A stretch of 63,839 bases of DNA, filler included, from Acidimicrobiia bacterium (lineage in GTDB: Bacteria > Actinomycetota > Acidimicrobiia > Spongiisociales > JAENVV01): the NCBI GenBank assembly GCA_041577335.1. It is 3 parts of 3 records of this genome, joined end to end, with 100 filler letters (N's around TTAATTAATTAA, not from the genome) between each part and the next. Parts side by side here need not be neighbours in the genome. Positions count along the whole stretch, not along the records: positions 1 to 23,550 come from JBFGJH010000055.1; 2 more parts are not named here. One strand, 5' to 3'. The notes below the pieces were generated by a model. It saw only the letters and a program-made list of their open reading frames with translations. It had not been told where the DNA came from and did no database searches. The position numbers were made by a program, and so were the translations under genes. The number at the start of each line of letters is the position of its first letter. Positions within the stretch are counted from its first letter, which is position 1. This document shows positions 9,657 through 20,262 of the stretch, in pieces.

Positions 9657-10670
9657 ATGAATGCTGCGGTACCTGTCGCGATCGTTGGTGCCGGGCGAAT
9701 GGGCGCATTCCACGCCAGAGCGCTGACCCGAGTCGACGAGGTGGAGGTGGTTGCTCTCGCCGACCCAGACCCGCACACCGCGCGCCTTGCTGAGGAGCTA
9801 GGGGTCGCGATCACGGTGGCGTCTGTCGACGATCTGATCGCTTCCCAGGTCGCCGAAGCATGGATCGTGGCTGCTCCAACCCACCTGCACCCCTCGATCG
9901 TTGCGAACGCGCTCGACCACGAGATTCCTGTCCTTTGCGAAAAACCGCTCTCGCTCGACCTCGCCGTCGGCATGGCGCTCGAGCAGCGGGTCGGTGATCT
10001 GATCCTCCAAGTCGGATTCTGGCGGCGCTTTTCGCCGCCCTGGGCCTTGGCCAAGGCTGCCATCGACCAAGGCGACATCGGGCGGCCGCTCATGCTGCGG
10101 CTCTCGCAATGGGACGCCGATCCGCCCCCTGCGGCATTCTGCGATCCGGCGGTGAGCGGTGGGCTCGCCGTCGATTGCGGAATCCACGAATTCGATCTGA
10201 TCGAATGGCTCACTGGTAGGACGGTGACTCGGGTGCTGGCTCGCCCGCTCCCCGTCGTCGACGAGTCGCTCGCAGTCGTCGGAGACGTCGATAACCTCGT
10301 CGTGCTCCTGGAACTGGACGATGGAGCAGTCGCCACTGTCGACCTGTCCCGCAACGCTCGCTATGCCGATGATGTCCGCACGGAAGTGCTGGGATCGAAT
10401 GGAGCGCTGTTTGTGGAGATGTTGCCTGCTGGCCGCCTGCGCATCGGCGGACCGGACGGCATCAAAAGGCTCGTCGAGGCCGATGCCGAGGATGCAATGG
10501 CGGCAGGTGTCGCCGAACAGGCCCGGGCGTTCGTTCGTCGAATCAAGGGAGGAAACGGGCTCGTCCCGGGTGCCGGAGAAGCGAACCGGGCGCTCGCCAT
10601 CGCCCTCGCTGCCCGTGAATCGGCCGACCGTGGCACCTGGGTGGGTCTGGCCGGCGCACTCAGCGGCTGA
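9657..10670 (+). CDS. Gfo/Idh/MocA oxidoreductase (inositol 2-dehydrogenase-like)
   Basis: GAGRMG, CEKP, GFWRRF, DCGIHEFD; ATG at 9657. Confidence 0.85.
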   Translation: MNAAVPVAIVGAGRMGAFHARALTRVDEVEVVALADPDPHTARLAEELGVAITVASVDDLIASQVAEAWIVAAPTHLHPSIVANALDHEIPVLCEKPLSLDLAVGMALEQRVGDLILQVGFWRRFSPPWALAKAAIDQGDIGRPLMLRLSQWDADPPPAAFCDPAVSGGLAVDCGIHEFDLIEWLTGRTVTRVLARPLPVVDESLAVVGDVDNLVVLLELDDGAVATVDLSRNARYADDVRTEVLGSNGALFVEMLPAGRLRIGGPDGIKRLVEADAEDAMAAGVAEQARAFVRRIKGGNGLVPGAGEANRALAIALAARESADRGTWVGLAGALSG

Positions 10671-11514
10671 GGTCCCTGAACCCCACCGGCTCCCACCCCA
10701 GGTCCGTTACCCAATTGATGAACACCGGGTCTCCGAAGAGATCGAACTCCTGAACCCGGAAGGCGGCGTCGCGGGGATGGACGGCCGACACCTCTCCCGG
10801 CGCGTTGCAGTGCAGTGAAACAAACGTCGTCCCGGCGTGCACCTCGCCAAGGAGCTCTTCGTAGACGGCGCGGGCTGGCCGGCCCACATGGCGGAGGCCG
10901 ATGACAAATCGGTCAGCCACTGCCAGCCCGGCCTGGTCGAGAGTGCCCCGCAGCGCCTGCATCTCGGCCAGGTCGACACCGTCGAGGCCATCAGCTTCAT
11001 CGCCGAGTTCCACCGAAGCTGCGTAGTGATCGAATTGGGTGGGAAACAGCGTGGGCAGTCCGAACTGAATCGCCAGGTCCACGGTGAGGGCGGCGAACTC
11101 GGGAACCAGCGCGGCTCCCATGTGGTGGTCGAGGTGTGTGATCGCGATTCCGGACTCCTGGGCTCTCATGATCTGGGCCTCGAGCTCTACCCAAACCGCC
11201 TCGGGTTGAGCGTGTCGACGAACCGATGGGACATCGGCCCAGAAGTAACCATCATCATCGATGAGACCGGAGGTGCGCGAGCTGGTGGAAAGTGGTTGCC
11301 ATCGGTAGTTGGCTGACTCGCTGGTCAGCGTGAGGTGAACCCCCAGATCGAGTTCGGTGCGCCGCCGTGCCAAGGCGGCCGCCTCGGGAAACCACCCGCT
11401 GGGAACCACGATCGATCCCGAGGTGATGAGACCGGTTCCGTTCAGGACCTCCATGGCGACGTTCGACCCGTGTGTCGCTCCGACGTCGTCGATGTGAAAG
11501 ATGGTGCGCGCCAC
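10660..11514 (-). CDS. ChbG/HpnK/YdjC-family carbohydrate deacetylase
   Basis: HIDDVG, GVHLTLTSE, THLDHHMG. Confidence 0.85.
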   Translation of the reverse strand: MARTIFHIDDVGATHGSNVAMEVLNGTGLITSGSIVVPSGWFPEAAALARRRTELDLGVHLTLTSESANYRWQPLSTSSRTSGLIDDDGYFWADVPSVRRHAQPEAVWVELEAQIMRAQESGIAITHLDHHMGAALVPEFAALTVDLAIQFGLPTLFPTQFDHYAASVELGDEADGLDGVDLAEMQALRGTLDQAGLAVADRFVIGLRHVGRPARAVYEELLGEVHAGTTFVSLHCNAPGEVSAVHPRDAAFRVQEFDLFGDPVFINWVTDLGWEPVGFRDLSR

Positions 11515-11576
11515 AAGGGAAACCTACGCGAAGCAAGGCGAGCCGATACCCGCCTCGCTTCGAAATCATGCTGCGT

Positions 11577-11663
11577 CTAGCTGCTCGGAACGATGATCGT
11601 TCCGTCGATGATGAGCGCTTTGATCGCTTCCAGGTCAGGGACGATGTCGTCCACGAAGCCTGT
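11577..11663 (-). pseudogene. Probable C-terminal remnant of a BMP-family ABC substrate-binding lipoprotein
   Basis: Reads TGFVDDIVPDLEAIKALIIDGTIIVPSS*, like the BMP C-terminal helix-strand; in-frame TGA immediately upstream. Confidence 0.4.
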
Positions 11664-11787
11664 TCATTCCGCAGGCTGAGTCATTCGGTTTGAATGGCTT
11701 GAGCCGCGGGCTAACCCCTCAGTCGGAGTCTCCGTCATCGTGCGGGCTCCAGAGCTTGTGGCAAAGCCGATTCGCTAACGTCGGCCA

Positions 11788-12552
11788 ATGGACTACTTGG
11801 CCTTTCTTGCGGCCGACAGCGCCCGATTTGGCGAGGTGCTGGCCGGCGTCGACGCCGATCGAGCGGTTCCTTCCTGTCCGGCTTGGACGGCTTCGGATCT
11901 GCTGTGGCACCTGACGGAGGTGCAGGCGTTCTGGCGAAGGATCGTCGAAGAACGGGCGCCGGCTCCAAAGGCGGCCGATCTGACACGAGAGGCCGACTAT
12001 CGGTCGGCTTTGGAGCTGTTCCACCGAGAGTCTGAGAAGCTCCAGGCCGTGTTGGCTGCGACGGGGCCGGCAACCGCCGTATGGACGTGGGCGGACGACC
12101 AAACCGTTGGTTTCGTCCGACGACGCCAAGCCCATGAGGCACTCATTCATCGGGTTGACGCAGAGCTCACCGCCGGCCTTGCCGCCGAGGCGGTTGACAA
12201 GGAGTTCGCCTCCGATGGCGTGGACGAGATCCTCACCGTGATGATGTCAGGAGTACCCGACTGGGCAGATTTCCACCCAGGTGGTGACATCGTGGCCGTG
12301 GAGACAACCGATACCGGCCATCGGTGGGTGCTGGAAATCGGCGCTTTCAGCGGGGAGTCACCCGACTCGGGGAAGAGCTACGAGTCAGAGCCGGCCGCCG
12401 TACTCACCGATGCCAATCCGCTGAGCGTCATCACCGGGACGGCGGGAGATCTCGACCTCTGGTTGTGGGGCAGGCGGGCTTCCTCAGGCATCACCGGCGA
12501 CCATCACACGGTCGATGCGCTTCGGCTGCTGGCGTCGGTATCCACGCAGTGA
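11788..12552 (+). CDS. Mycothiol-dependent maleylpyruvate isomerase family (MDMPI/DinB-like)
   Basis: VPSCPAWT..DLLWHL, RRQAHEALIHRVD, DGVDE, LWLWGR. Confidence 0.88.
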   Translation: MDYLAFLAADSARFGEVLAGVDADRAVPSCPAWTASDLLWHLTEVQAFWRRIVEERAPAPKAADLTREADYRSALELFHRESEKLQAVLAATGPATAVWTWADDQTVGFVRRRQAHEALIHRVDAELTAGLAAEAVDKEFASDGVDEILTVMMSGVPDWADFHPGGDIVAVETTDTGHRWVLEIGAFSGESPDSGKSYESEPAAVLTDANPLSVITGTAGDLDLWLWGRRASSGITGDHHTVDALRLLASVSTQ

Positions 12553-12556
12553 CGGC

Positions 12557-14551
12557 TCAGCTGGTCCCGTCGGCGTTGTCTTCATCGGCGTGCCGCACGA
12601 CGACGAGGACTTGATCGTTTTCCACCTGGTCGCCGGCTGCAACGTGCACAGAGGAGACCGTCCCGTCGAACGTGGCGCGGACGGAGTGTTCCATCTTCAT
12701 CGCCTCGACGATCACCAGGACGTCGCCCGCCTGTGCCTCATCGCCTTCCTCAACTGAGACCGAAACGACCTGCCCCGGCATGGGAGAGACAAGCGATCCC
12801 GCAGCATCTTCCACTTCTTCGATGCCAAAACGGGGAAGCTCGCGACATTCCGATGCGCCGTCTGGCCCGTCGACGAAGTACCGGTCTCCCACCTGGGCCA
12901 CCGTGTAGGCGCGGGCAACACCAGCGCTCTCGATCGTCACCCAATCCGAGGAGACTCGTGGCACCGCCACTTGCTCGAGCACTTGGCCGTCGACTGTTGC
13001 CTCGAAGGTGTTGCCACGACTGAACCGATAGCCGACGGCGATCTCTCGGTCCTCGATCTCGAAGGAAACCTCCTGCAGCTGTGAAGGGCTGTTCCGCCAG
13101 CCGCTCGGCACCTGCGCCAAGACCTGCGTCTCAGAGCGATTGATTGCCTGGCGGGCCAGGGCTGCCGCCAAGGCATGTCTGCCGAGCACCGGATCGGGTA
13201 ACGGGTCGTCGAGCTCCGCGGGTGGATGGCGCTCCAGGAAGTGTGTGTCGGTGTCACCTGCCAAGAACTCAGGGTGGCGGAGGATCTCAACGAGGAGGCG
13301 CCGGTTGGTGGTGACGCCATGGATGTGAGCGTGGTCCAGAGCCAGGGCCAGCGCCCGGGCAGCCTCGTTGCGAGTGGGGGCGTGGGCGATCACCTTGGCG
13401 AGCATCGGGTCGTAGTGGATCGATACCTCAGATCCATCCTCAACACCCGAGTCGACGCGCACACCATCGGGGATTGCGAAGCGATGCAGTGTTCCTGTTT
13501 GCGGTAGGAAGCCGGCGCGCGTGTCTTCTGCATACAGCCGCGCTTCAATCGCATGCCCATGCATCGCAGCCATCAGCACCGAATCAGACATTGGTTCGCG
13601 GTCGGCGATGAGCAGCTGCAGTCGGACGAGGTCGATTCCCGTGACCATCTCGGTGACTGGGTGTTCCACCTGCAGACGAGTATTCATCTCCAGGAAATAG
13701 AAGTCGTCGTCTTCGCCGAGTAGGAATTCGACTGTTCCCGCACCGACGTAGTCGACCGCCGATGCCGCAGCCAACGCAGCCGCTCCCATCCTCTTCCGTA
13801 GGTCGATGTCAACCGCAGGAGACGGAGACTCTTCGATGATCTTCTGGTGGCGGCGTTGAATCGAGCACTCCCGTTCGAACAGGTGGACATGGTTTCCGAA
13901 GTGGTCGCCGAACACCTGAACCTCGATATGGCGGGGTGACTCGAGGTACTTCTCCAGGAACACGGTCTTGTCGCCGAATGCCGCCTCTGCCTCCCGTTCG
14001 GCGCCTCGAACGGCCTCAATCAATGCGGCCGGCTCGGTGACGATTCGCATGCCTTTGCCGCCCCCGCCCGCCGAGGCCTTCACCAGGACGGGGTACCCAA
14101 TCGTCCGGGCGGCGGCGGTCGTCTCAGAGTCGCTGAGACCGGTCACATCGGTGCTGGCCAGGGTCGGCACTCCGATGTCTTGCATCAGCTTCTTCGACTC
14201 CAGCTTGCTGCCCATCACGGCGATCGCGTCGACGGAGGGACCGACGAAGATGAGCCCGGCGGCCCGAACGGCCTTGGCGAACTCGGCGTTCTCGGCGAGG
14301 AACCCATAGCCAGGGTGGACGCTGTCGGCACCCGTTGCTTTAGCTGCTTCGATGATCTTGGGAATATCGAGGTAGGTGTCCGAAGCCGCAGTACCCGCCA
14401 GTCGAACCGACTCCTCGGCCTCCCTGACGTGGGGAGCCTTGTGATCGGCATCGGAGAACACGGCCACCGTTGGTATACCCATTCCATGAGCGGTGCGAAT
14501 GATCCGACGGGCAATTTCGCCCCGGTTGGCTATGAGCAGCTTGTGAATCAT
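12557..14551 (-). CDS. Acyl-CoA carboxylase alpha subunit (biotin carboxylase plus biotin carrier)
   Basis: IANRGEIA, HPGYGFLAEN, GGGGKGMR, ERECSIQRRHQK, EMNTRLQVEHP, EAMKM biotinylation motif. Confidence 0.93.
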   Translation of the reverse strand: MIHKLLIANRGEIARRIIRTAHGMGIPTVAVFSDADHKAPHVREAEESVRLAGTAASDTYLDIPKIIEAAKATGADSVHPGYGFLAENAEFAKAVRAAGLIFVGPSVDAIAVMGSKLESKKLMQDIGVPTLASTDVTGLSDSETTAAARTIGYPVLVKASAGGGGKGMRIVTEPAALIEAVRGAEREAEAAFGDKTVFLEKYLESPRHIEVQVFGDHFGNHVHLFERECSIQRRHQKIIEESPSPAVDIDLRKRMGAAALAAASAVDYVGAGTVEFLLGEDDDFYFLEMNTRLQVEHPVTEMVTGIDLVRLQLLIADREPMSDSVLMAAMHGHAIEARLYAEDTRAGFLPQTGTLHRFAIPDGVRVDSGVEDGSEVSIHYDPMLAKVIAHAPTRNEAARALALALDHAHIHGVTTNRRLLVEILRHPEFLAGDTDTHFLERHPPAELDDPLPDPVLGRHALAAALARQAINRSETQVLAQVPSGWRNSPSQLQEVSFEIEDREIAVGYRFSRGNTFEATVDGQVLEQVAVPRVSSDWVTIESAGVARAYTVAQVGDRYFVDGPDGASECRELPRFGIEEVEDAAGSLVSPMPGQVVSVSVEEGDEAQAGDVLVIVEAMKMEHSVRATFDGTVSSVHVAAGDQVENDQVLVVVRHADEDNADGTS

Positions 14552-14576
14552 CGCTGGAAGAGACTAACCATCGCTG

Positions 14577-15035
14577 TTAGGCCCGGTGGTACGGATGGCC
14601 GGCCCGGATGGTCTCCGCCCGATAGAGCTGCTCCAGCAACACGAGGCGTGCCAACTCATGGGGAAAGGTCATCGACGAAAGCGACCACAGCTCCTCCACA
14701 GAAGCACGCAGCGAATCCGTGTGTCCGTCGGCGCCGCCAATCAGGATGCTGAGTCGGGAGATGCCGTCGTTCTCCAGATTGCTGAGGTGATTGGCCAGTT
14801 CCTCTGAGCTGAACTGGCGGCCCGCCTCGTCAAGAGCAATCCGACGCCATCCCTCGGATCTGCCGAGGAGTCCTGAACTGGTCTCGGCTTGGCGGCGGGC
14901 CGGGTCGCGATGCCGCTCTCGAATCTCTGCGACTTCAACGGCAGCGACCTTCGACAGCCGGCCGGCGTAGAGGGCGCATCCGTCGGCGTAGAAACCCTTC
15001 TTCAGTGTTCCCGCCGCCACGATGAGATAGCGCAT
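14577..15035 (-). CDS. rlmH: 23S rRNA pseudouridine-1915 N3-methyltransferase
   Basis: LDEAG...SEELA, IGGADG, SLSSMTFPHELARLVLLEQLYRA...GHPYHR; ATG at 15035. Confidence 0.92.
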   Translation of the reverse strand: MRYLIVAAGTLKKGFYADGCALYAGRLSKVAAVEVAEIRERHRDPARRQAETSSGLLGRSEGWRRIALDEAGRQFSSEELANHLSNLENDGISRLSILIGGADGHTDSLRASVEELWSLSSMTFPHELARLVLLEQLYRAETIRAGHPYHRA

Positions 15036-15060
15036 CAGCGGAAACGACCCGTCCGTCTGG

Positions 15061-18000
15061 TCACAGGAGGTTGCCGAAGCGGTGCATGGTGCGGCTGATC
15101 GATTGTTCTTGGAGGTAGCGCAACATCTCGAGGCGGCCGCTGGCGGCGACGGGGGCGGCTTCGACGTCGATCTCTGCGTCGTGGGCTGCGGCGAGTTCGG
15201 CGTCTGACGGTGTTCCGAGGTGGCGGATCCGCGACCAGCGAGGCATGCGAGCCACCAGATCTGGGAAGCTCTCCACCGACACGTCGACGCCCGCCACCTC
15301 GAGTCCGGGAATCGGCTGAGCGGAGCTGACCGACGGCCTCGCCCCGGCCCGGCTGGAGGCCAAGACGGCACGGGCGATGTCTCGTCGCGATCCGCCGTCG
15401 GCTCGGATGACCACGACTCGGGGTTGGTATCGGAAGATGTTGGCCTCGACTTTCAGGCCGGCGGGGTCGTGCTCGCGTCCGAACTCTTCTTCCCACCAGA
15501 ATTGGTCATCGGCGGCGACGGCAGCCAGCCAATCAGCATCCTCGGGAGCCATGCCGACCACCAGTCGTTCCAGCAGACTCAGCTGCGTACCTTGGGGGTG
15601 GATGTGGCGAGCGGGAACCGTATCCGACGTCCAGCTGCCCAATTGGGCCACGTAATTGGGGCCACCGGCCTTGGCGCCAGGGCCGACCGCTGAGCGCTTC
15701 CGGCCGCCGAAGGGCTGTCGCTGCACGATGGCTCCGGTGATGTGGCGGTTGATGTAGGCATTGCCGACGTCGACGGCGTCGAGCCACCGGTCCACCTCGT
15801 GAGGGTCGAGCGAATGGATGCCTCCGGTGAGACCGAATGCGGATTGGTTCTGCAGGGCAATCGCGTGGTCGAGGTCACGTGCCGCCATGAGACCCAGCAC
15901 CGGGCCGAAGCACTCGGTCTCGTGAAACCACGAGCCGGGGGCGACGTCGTCGAGAATGCCGGGCGACCATAGCCTTCGCTCATCGTCGAGCTGTTGAGGG
16001 GCGAGGAGCCACTGGGCATCGCGATCGGTGAGGGCTCGTTCCAATGGCCCGGTCACTGGGCTGATGACCGGGCCCATGTTGGTTGGCAGCTCATCGGTGG
16101 GGCCGATCACCATGCTTTTGGTGGCGTCCAGAAGCTGGCGGCGGAAACGATCGGACGTGAACACGTCGCCAACCAGGATGCCCAGGCTGGCTGCCGAGCA
16201 TTTCTGGCCCGAATGCCCGAACGCCGATCGGACGAGGTCTGCGGCGGCCAGGTCGAGGTCGGCGTGCGGAGTGACGATGAGGGCGTTCTTGCCGCTGGTT
16301 TCGGCGAACAGGTGCATGTCGGGCCGCCACCCTCGGAAGAGCTTGGCCGTCTCCCAGCTGCCGGTGAGGATGACGCCGTCGACGCTGGTGACGAGGTGTT
16401 GGCCAACCGCATGGTCAGGTGTGCGAACGAACTGGAGGACATCCTCCGGCACGCCGGCGGTCCAGCATGCTTCTGCGATCAGCTCGGCGCAGCGAGTCGC
16501 TTGGTGTGAGGGCTTGAAGATCACGGCGTTGCCCGCCGCCAAAGCGGCCATGACGCCGCCGGTGGGAATTGCCACCGGGAAGTTCCACGGTGGCACAACA
16601 GCCACCAACCCGAGAGGCGTGAATGATCCGTATTCGCTGGGGGTGCCGTCGAGGGCATGCCTCGCGTAGTAGCGAGCGAAGTCGACCGCCTCGCTCACCT
16701 CCGGATCGGCTTGAACGAAGGTCTTCGATGCCTCGTGAACCATTGCGCTGATGAGGTCGCCCCGTCGGGACGCCAGCTCATCGCCAATGGCTGCAAGGAT
16801 GGCGCCCCGTTCAGAGGCAGATCGACTGGCCCAACCAGCTACGGCGGCCCGTCCCCGGGCGAGGCGGGCTCCGAGGTCTTCGACGTTGTCGGTGATCGGC
16901 TCCTTGGTGGCGACCGGTTTGGTGGCCACCACCTGTTGGGCCCATTCGCGGTTGGCCGGATCGGCGGGGTCGGAGTCGGGCTCGCTGGCGAAGGGACTCT
17001 GCAGGTCGGTAGGGGAGGCTGGGCGATCGCGCTCGTACCGCCGTCGAGGTTGGTCGGCAACCGACCAGCGGTTGGCCAGTGACGTGCGGAAGATCTCCTC
17101 TTGTTGCTTGAAGGCCACCGAGCCGGGTACGAGTGAGAACAGCGCGTGGAGGAAGTTCTCCGGCGAGGCGTTCTCTTCGAGTCGCCGAAACAGGTATCCA
17201 ATGGCAACGTCGAAGTCCGCCGCCGCCACCACTGGGGTGTAGAGCAGCATGTGGCCCGAATCGTCTCGGACCACTTCGGAATGAGTGGGGGCCATCCCTT
17301 GGAGCATCTCGAACGCGACCCGGTCCGATACCGCCCGCTCCCGCGCCAGCAGCAATGTCCAGGCGATGTCGAAGAGGTTGTGGCTGCCAACGCCGATGGT
17401 TACGCCCTTGAGCCGGTCGGGATGGAGCGCCCAGTCGAGGCAGCGTTTGAAGTTGGCATCGGTTTCGGGTTTGGTGTCATAGGGTGCCTGCGGCCAGCCG
17501 TGCATCTCGGCTTCGACCTTCTCCATGGCCAGGTTGGCTCCCTTGACCAACCGGATATTGATGGAGCCGCCTCCTGCCTCGTGGCGGGCGTTGGCCCATG
17601 CAACGACCTCTTGGAGCCGCGCGAGGGCGTCCGGCAGGTAGGCCTGAAGAACGATGCCGGCGTCGAGGGTGGGTCGTTCGTCCAGGAGCTGGGTGAAGGC
17701 GTCGATGGTGAGGTCGAAGTCTTCGTAGTCCTCCATGTCGAGGTTCACGAAGGTTGGCGGTTCCGCCGCCTCGCCCGCGTCGTAGAGCTTCCCGAGGCGG
17801 TCCTTGATCCTGGCCAGCGAGTCGTCGTATGCCCACAGGTCGATCTGGCTGGCGATGGCCGAGATCTTCACCGACACGTAGTCGACGTCGGGGCGCCGGA
17901 GCGTTGCCAGAAGCCGGTCGAAGCGTCGCCCCGCTTCCTTTTCGCCGAGGATGGCCTCGCCGAGCAGGTTGACGTTCATGGCGTACCCTTCTTCGCGTCG

Positions 18001-18423
18001 CAGCCGAAGATGGTCGGTCAGCTTCGCTGGGTCGGCGTCTGCCACCAAGTGGCCAACCAACGCTCGCATCCTCACCCGAGCCAATGGGATGACGATGCCG
18101 GGCATCAGGGGAGCGAGCTTGGCGCCCGCCCATAGCAAAGCTCGGTCGACCGGCGCGAGGAAAGATGGCAGCGGATCGTCTCGAACCAGCACCGCCAATT
18201 GGTGGGCCGCCGATCGGTTGTTCTCCGGCCGGGCAACCCGATCGACAAACCGCATGGTGAAGGCAACAGCCTCGGGATCTTCCATCAGCGTGCCGAGCCG
18301 GTCCGCCACGGCGCGGTCGGATCGGGAGAGGCCGGCGGTAGCTCTGGTCAGCCAATCCTCGACGAGGCGAACTGCCTCGTCGGCCAGCCGATCGGCATCG
18401 GACGGCGGCTGGTTCTCATTCAT
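15061..18423 (-). CDS. putA: Bifunctional proline dehydrogenase / L-glutamate gamma-semialdehyde dehydrogenase
   Basis: NVNLLGE, NLDMEDY, QAYLPD, RLVKGAN, RRLEEN; ALDH motifs PWNFP, AETSGKN, GQKCSA, ECFGP; ATG at 18423 preferred to the longer ORF. Confidence 0.93.
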   Translation of the reverse strand: MNENQPPSDADRLADEAVRLVEDWLTRATAGLSRSDRAVADRLGTLMEDPEAVAFTMRFVDRVARPENNRSAAHQLAVLVRDDPLPSFLAPVDRALLWAGAKLAPLMPGIVIPLARVRMRALVGHLVADADPAKLTDHLRLRREEGYAMNVNLLGEAILGEKEAGRRFDRLLATLRRPDVDYVSVKISAIASQIDLWAYDDSLARIKDRLGKLYDAGEAAEPPTFVNLDMEDYEDFDLTIDAFTQLLDERPTLDAGIVLQAYLPDALARLQEVVAWANARHEAGGGSINIRLVKGANLAMEKVEAEMHGWPQAPYDTKPETDANFKRCLDWALHPDRLKGVTIGVGSHNLFDIAWTLLLARERAVSDRVAFEMLQGMAPTHSEVVRDDSGHMLLYTPVVAAADFDVAIGYLFRRLEENASPENFLHALFSLVPGSVAFKQQEEIFRTSLANRWSVADQPRRRYERDRPASPTDLQSPFASEPDSDPADPANREWAQQVVATKPVATKEPITDNVEDLGARLARGRAAVAGWASRSASERGAILAAIGDELASRRGDLISAMVHEASKTFVQADPEVSEAVDFARYYARHALDGTPSEYGSFTPLGLVAVVPPWNFPVAIPTGGVMAALAAGNAVIFKPSHQATRCAELIAEACWTAGVPEDVLQFVRTPDHAVGQHLVTSVDGVILTGSWETAKLFRGWRPDMHLFAETSGKNALIVTPHADLDLAAADLVRSAFGHSGQKCSAASLGILVGDVFTSDRFRRQLLDATKSMVIGPTDELPTNMGPVISPVTGPLERALTDRDAQWLLAPQQLDDERRLWSPGILDDVAPGSWFHETECFGPVLGLMAARDLDHAIALQNQSAFGLTGGIHSLDPHEVDRWLDAVDVGNAYINRHITGAIVQRQPFGGRKRSAVGPGAKAGGPNYVAQLGSWTSDTVPARHIHPQGTQLSLLERLVVGMAPEDADWLAAVAADDQFWWEEEFGREHDPAGLKVEANIFRYQPRVVVIRADGGSRRDIARAVLASSRAGARPSVSSAQPIPGLEVAGVDVSVESFPDLVARMPRWSRIRHLGTPSDAELAAAHDAEIDVEAAPVAASGRLEMLRYLQEQSISRTMHRFGNLL

Positions 18424-18910
18424 CCGAACATCGTATCCGCCTGGCCTGTCGCTCGGCCGACTTTGGGTCCGGCGTCTCACCGCCTCTCCGATGTGATCGT
18501 TGCGGGAGCACCCGGCTTGCGCACCGGACCCAAACGTGAAGAACGGCTCCGCGTTCTTCAATGCGGTTGCGTGCAACCGCACGACGCCAGGTCGGCCGAG
18601 GGTCGTCACCAAAAGCTGCGCGTTTGGCTGCGGCCAAGCCCCGACGCTCCCGAAGGCTGTTCACCAACCGACACGACCGTCGTTGACGTCCTCAGGTGCA
18701 CCCCAAACCGTCTGGGCGTCTGAGACGAGGTTGGTGGCCGACCTCGCTCCCGAAGCGTCAGCCAGATACGAGCGCAGACGTGCCGGTATGCGCTCTTCGG
18801 GGAAGTGCTCGTTATGGCGCGGGAACAGGGCGATCTGGCGGAGGTGGCCGGTGGCGGTTGTGGTCCCCAGTCCCGAGTGGCTAGTTCCGCGTCGCAAGCC
18901 GGCTCGACCT

Positions 18911-19540
18911 TCAATTCCGCATCTCGAGGGAGAAGGTGTGGACCCGCTCATAGGCTTGTCCCATCACCACTCGTATCTCGCCCGAGGTGATGCCGTAGAC
19001 CAGCGACCATTGTGCGTGTGGCTGGGCAACCCGTTCGAGCAGTCTCAGGGCAGCATCGAAGTCGAGGTCGCCCCCGCTCGATTCGAGTTCCTCCGTGATG
19101 GCGTCATAACGCTGGCACTGGCCTGCGGGTGATTCGACTGCGGACATCAGGAAGTTGGTGGCGTGGTGCCAGTCGGTCTGGGTCCACAAGACGCGGATCT
19201 CGCCCGCGTGGTACTCGACCAGAGCGGCGTCTCCCGCGGCGTCGGCCAGCAGGTAGTGGAGCGGGGTCTGACCCTCGAAATCGACGTTGTAGCTCCGCAT
19301 CAACTCGACAGCCTCTCCGACTGTGGCAGCCCCGTCGAGCGCCAACCGGATGATCGCGAGGGAATCCACCGTGTCCTTGCCGGGATCCACCGGCACGTAC
19401 ACTTCGGGCACGGCCGCCATACCTATCACCAGGCCGGCTTCGTTGATGCCGTCAAAGGGAATCCTGGGGGTGTCGAGCAACCCGAGGAGTTCGCCGAGCG
19501 GCTTCCGCGTCAGGTCCGCAGAATCGTCGCCGGGGAAGCC
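18911..19540 (-). pseudogene. N-terminally truncated linear amide C-N hydrolase / C45-type Ntn hydrolase
   Basis: PFDGINEAGL, HYLLADAAG, ATNF, QWSLVY; in-frame TAA at 19580-19582 means the N-terminal part with the catalytic Cys is missing. Confidence 0.65.
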
Positions 19541-19851
19541 CTGGGCCAGCGCCCGCGTACCTCGGCGAGCGAAACCGAGTTACAGTCGGAGTGTGCTTCA
19601 AGAGGTTCACGTCCTCCACTTGCAGCCCCGCCTTTCGCCCTAACGGGGACCCGCATTGGCGGCGGTCAGGACGAGACCGCGAAAATCGCCGCGAGCGTCC
19701 GCGACCGTAGCGACTTCTTCGGGCGCCAAAACTCGCATTTCGTCCCGCTCGATTATCGCCAGCTCGCCCCCCCAAGCTTTGGCTTCGCTCCTAGTGTCAT
19801 TGACGATGGTGCGGATTCAAAAGCGTCGCGATATTTTCAGGAGGGAGGAAC

Positions 19852-20262
19852 ATGTCCACTGAGGAGAACAAGGTTCTGTTCAGGGGGATAATCGGGGATT
19901 TCAATAGTGGGAAACACGATGCACCCTTCGATGTCATGGCATCGGACTGTGTCATCGAGGACGAGAGGGGGGAGAGTTTCAACAAGGAGTCGTACAGGAA
20001 GCGTATGGCCGAGCTGTTGGCCGTATTCCCCGACTACCACCTTGTCATCAAGGACCTGTATGCCGTTGAAGATAAGGTCATTGTGCGTTACTCAGAGACC
20101 GGGACCATGAAGGGGGATTTCATGGGGATACCTGCAACGGGGAAATCCTTCACGGCACCCGCCATAGAGATCTGGCGTTTCAACGATGGCAGGCTTACAG
20201 GATTGTGGATGGCAAGGGATACCTTGACCGCAAGTATGCAGACCGGCATGATCCAAATGTGA
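19852..20262 (+). CDS. SnoaL-like ester cyclase (NTF2 fold)
   Basis: MSTEENK, FPDY, DKVIVR, GDFMGIPATGK, IWRF.DG; GGAGG RBS. Confidence 0.88.
   Translation: MSTEENKVLFRGIIGDFNSGKHDAPFDVMASDCVIEDERGESFNKESYRKRMAELLAVFPDYHLVIKDLYAVEDKVIVRYSETGTMKGDFMGIPATGKSFTAPAIEIWRFNDGRLTGLWMARDTLTASMQTGMIQM

Noticed and set aside
18620..18910. Coding-looking scraps here and at 20263-20700, 21118-21388 and 62436-62600
   Set aside because: Possibly gene debris, but too short or degenerate to assign without a search
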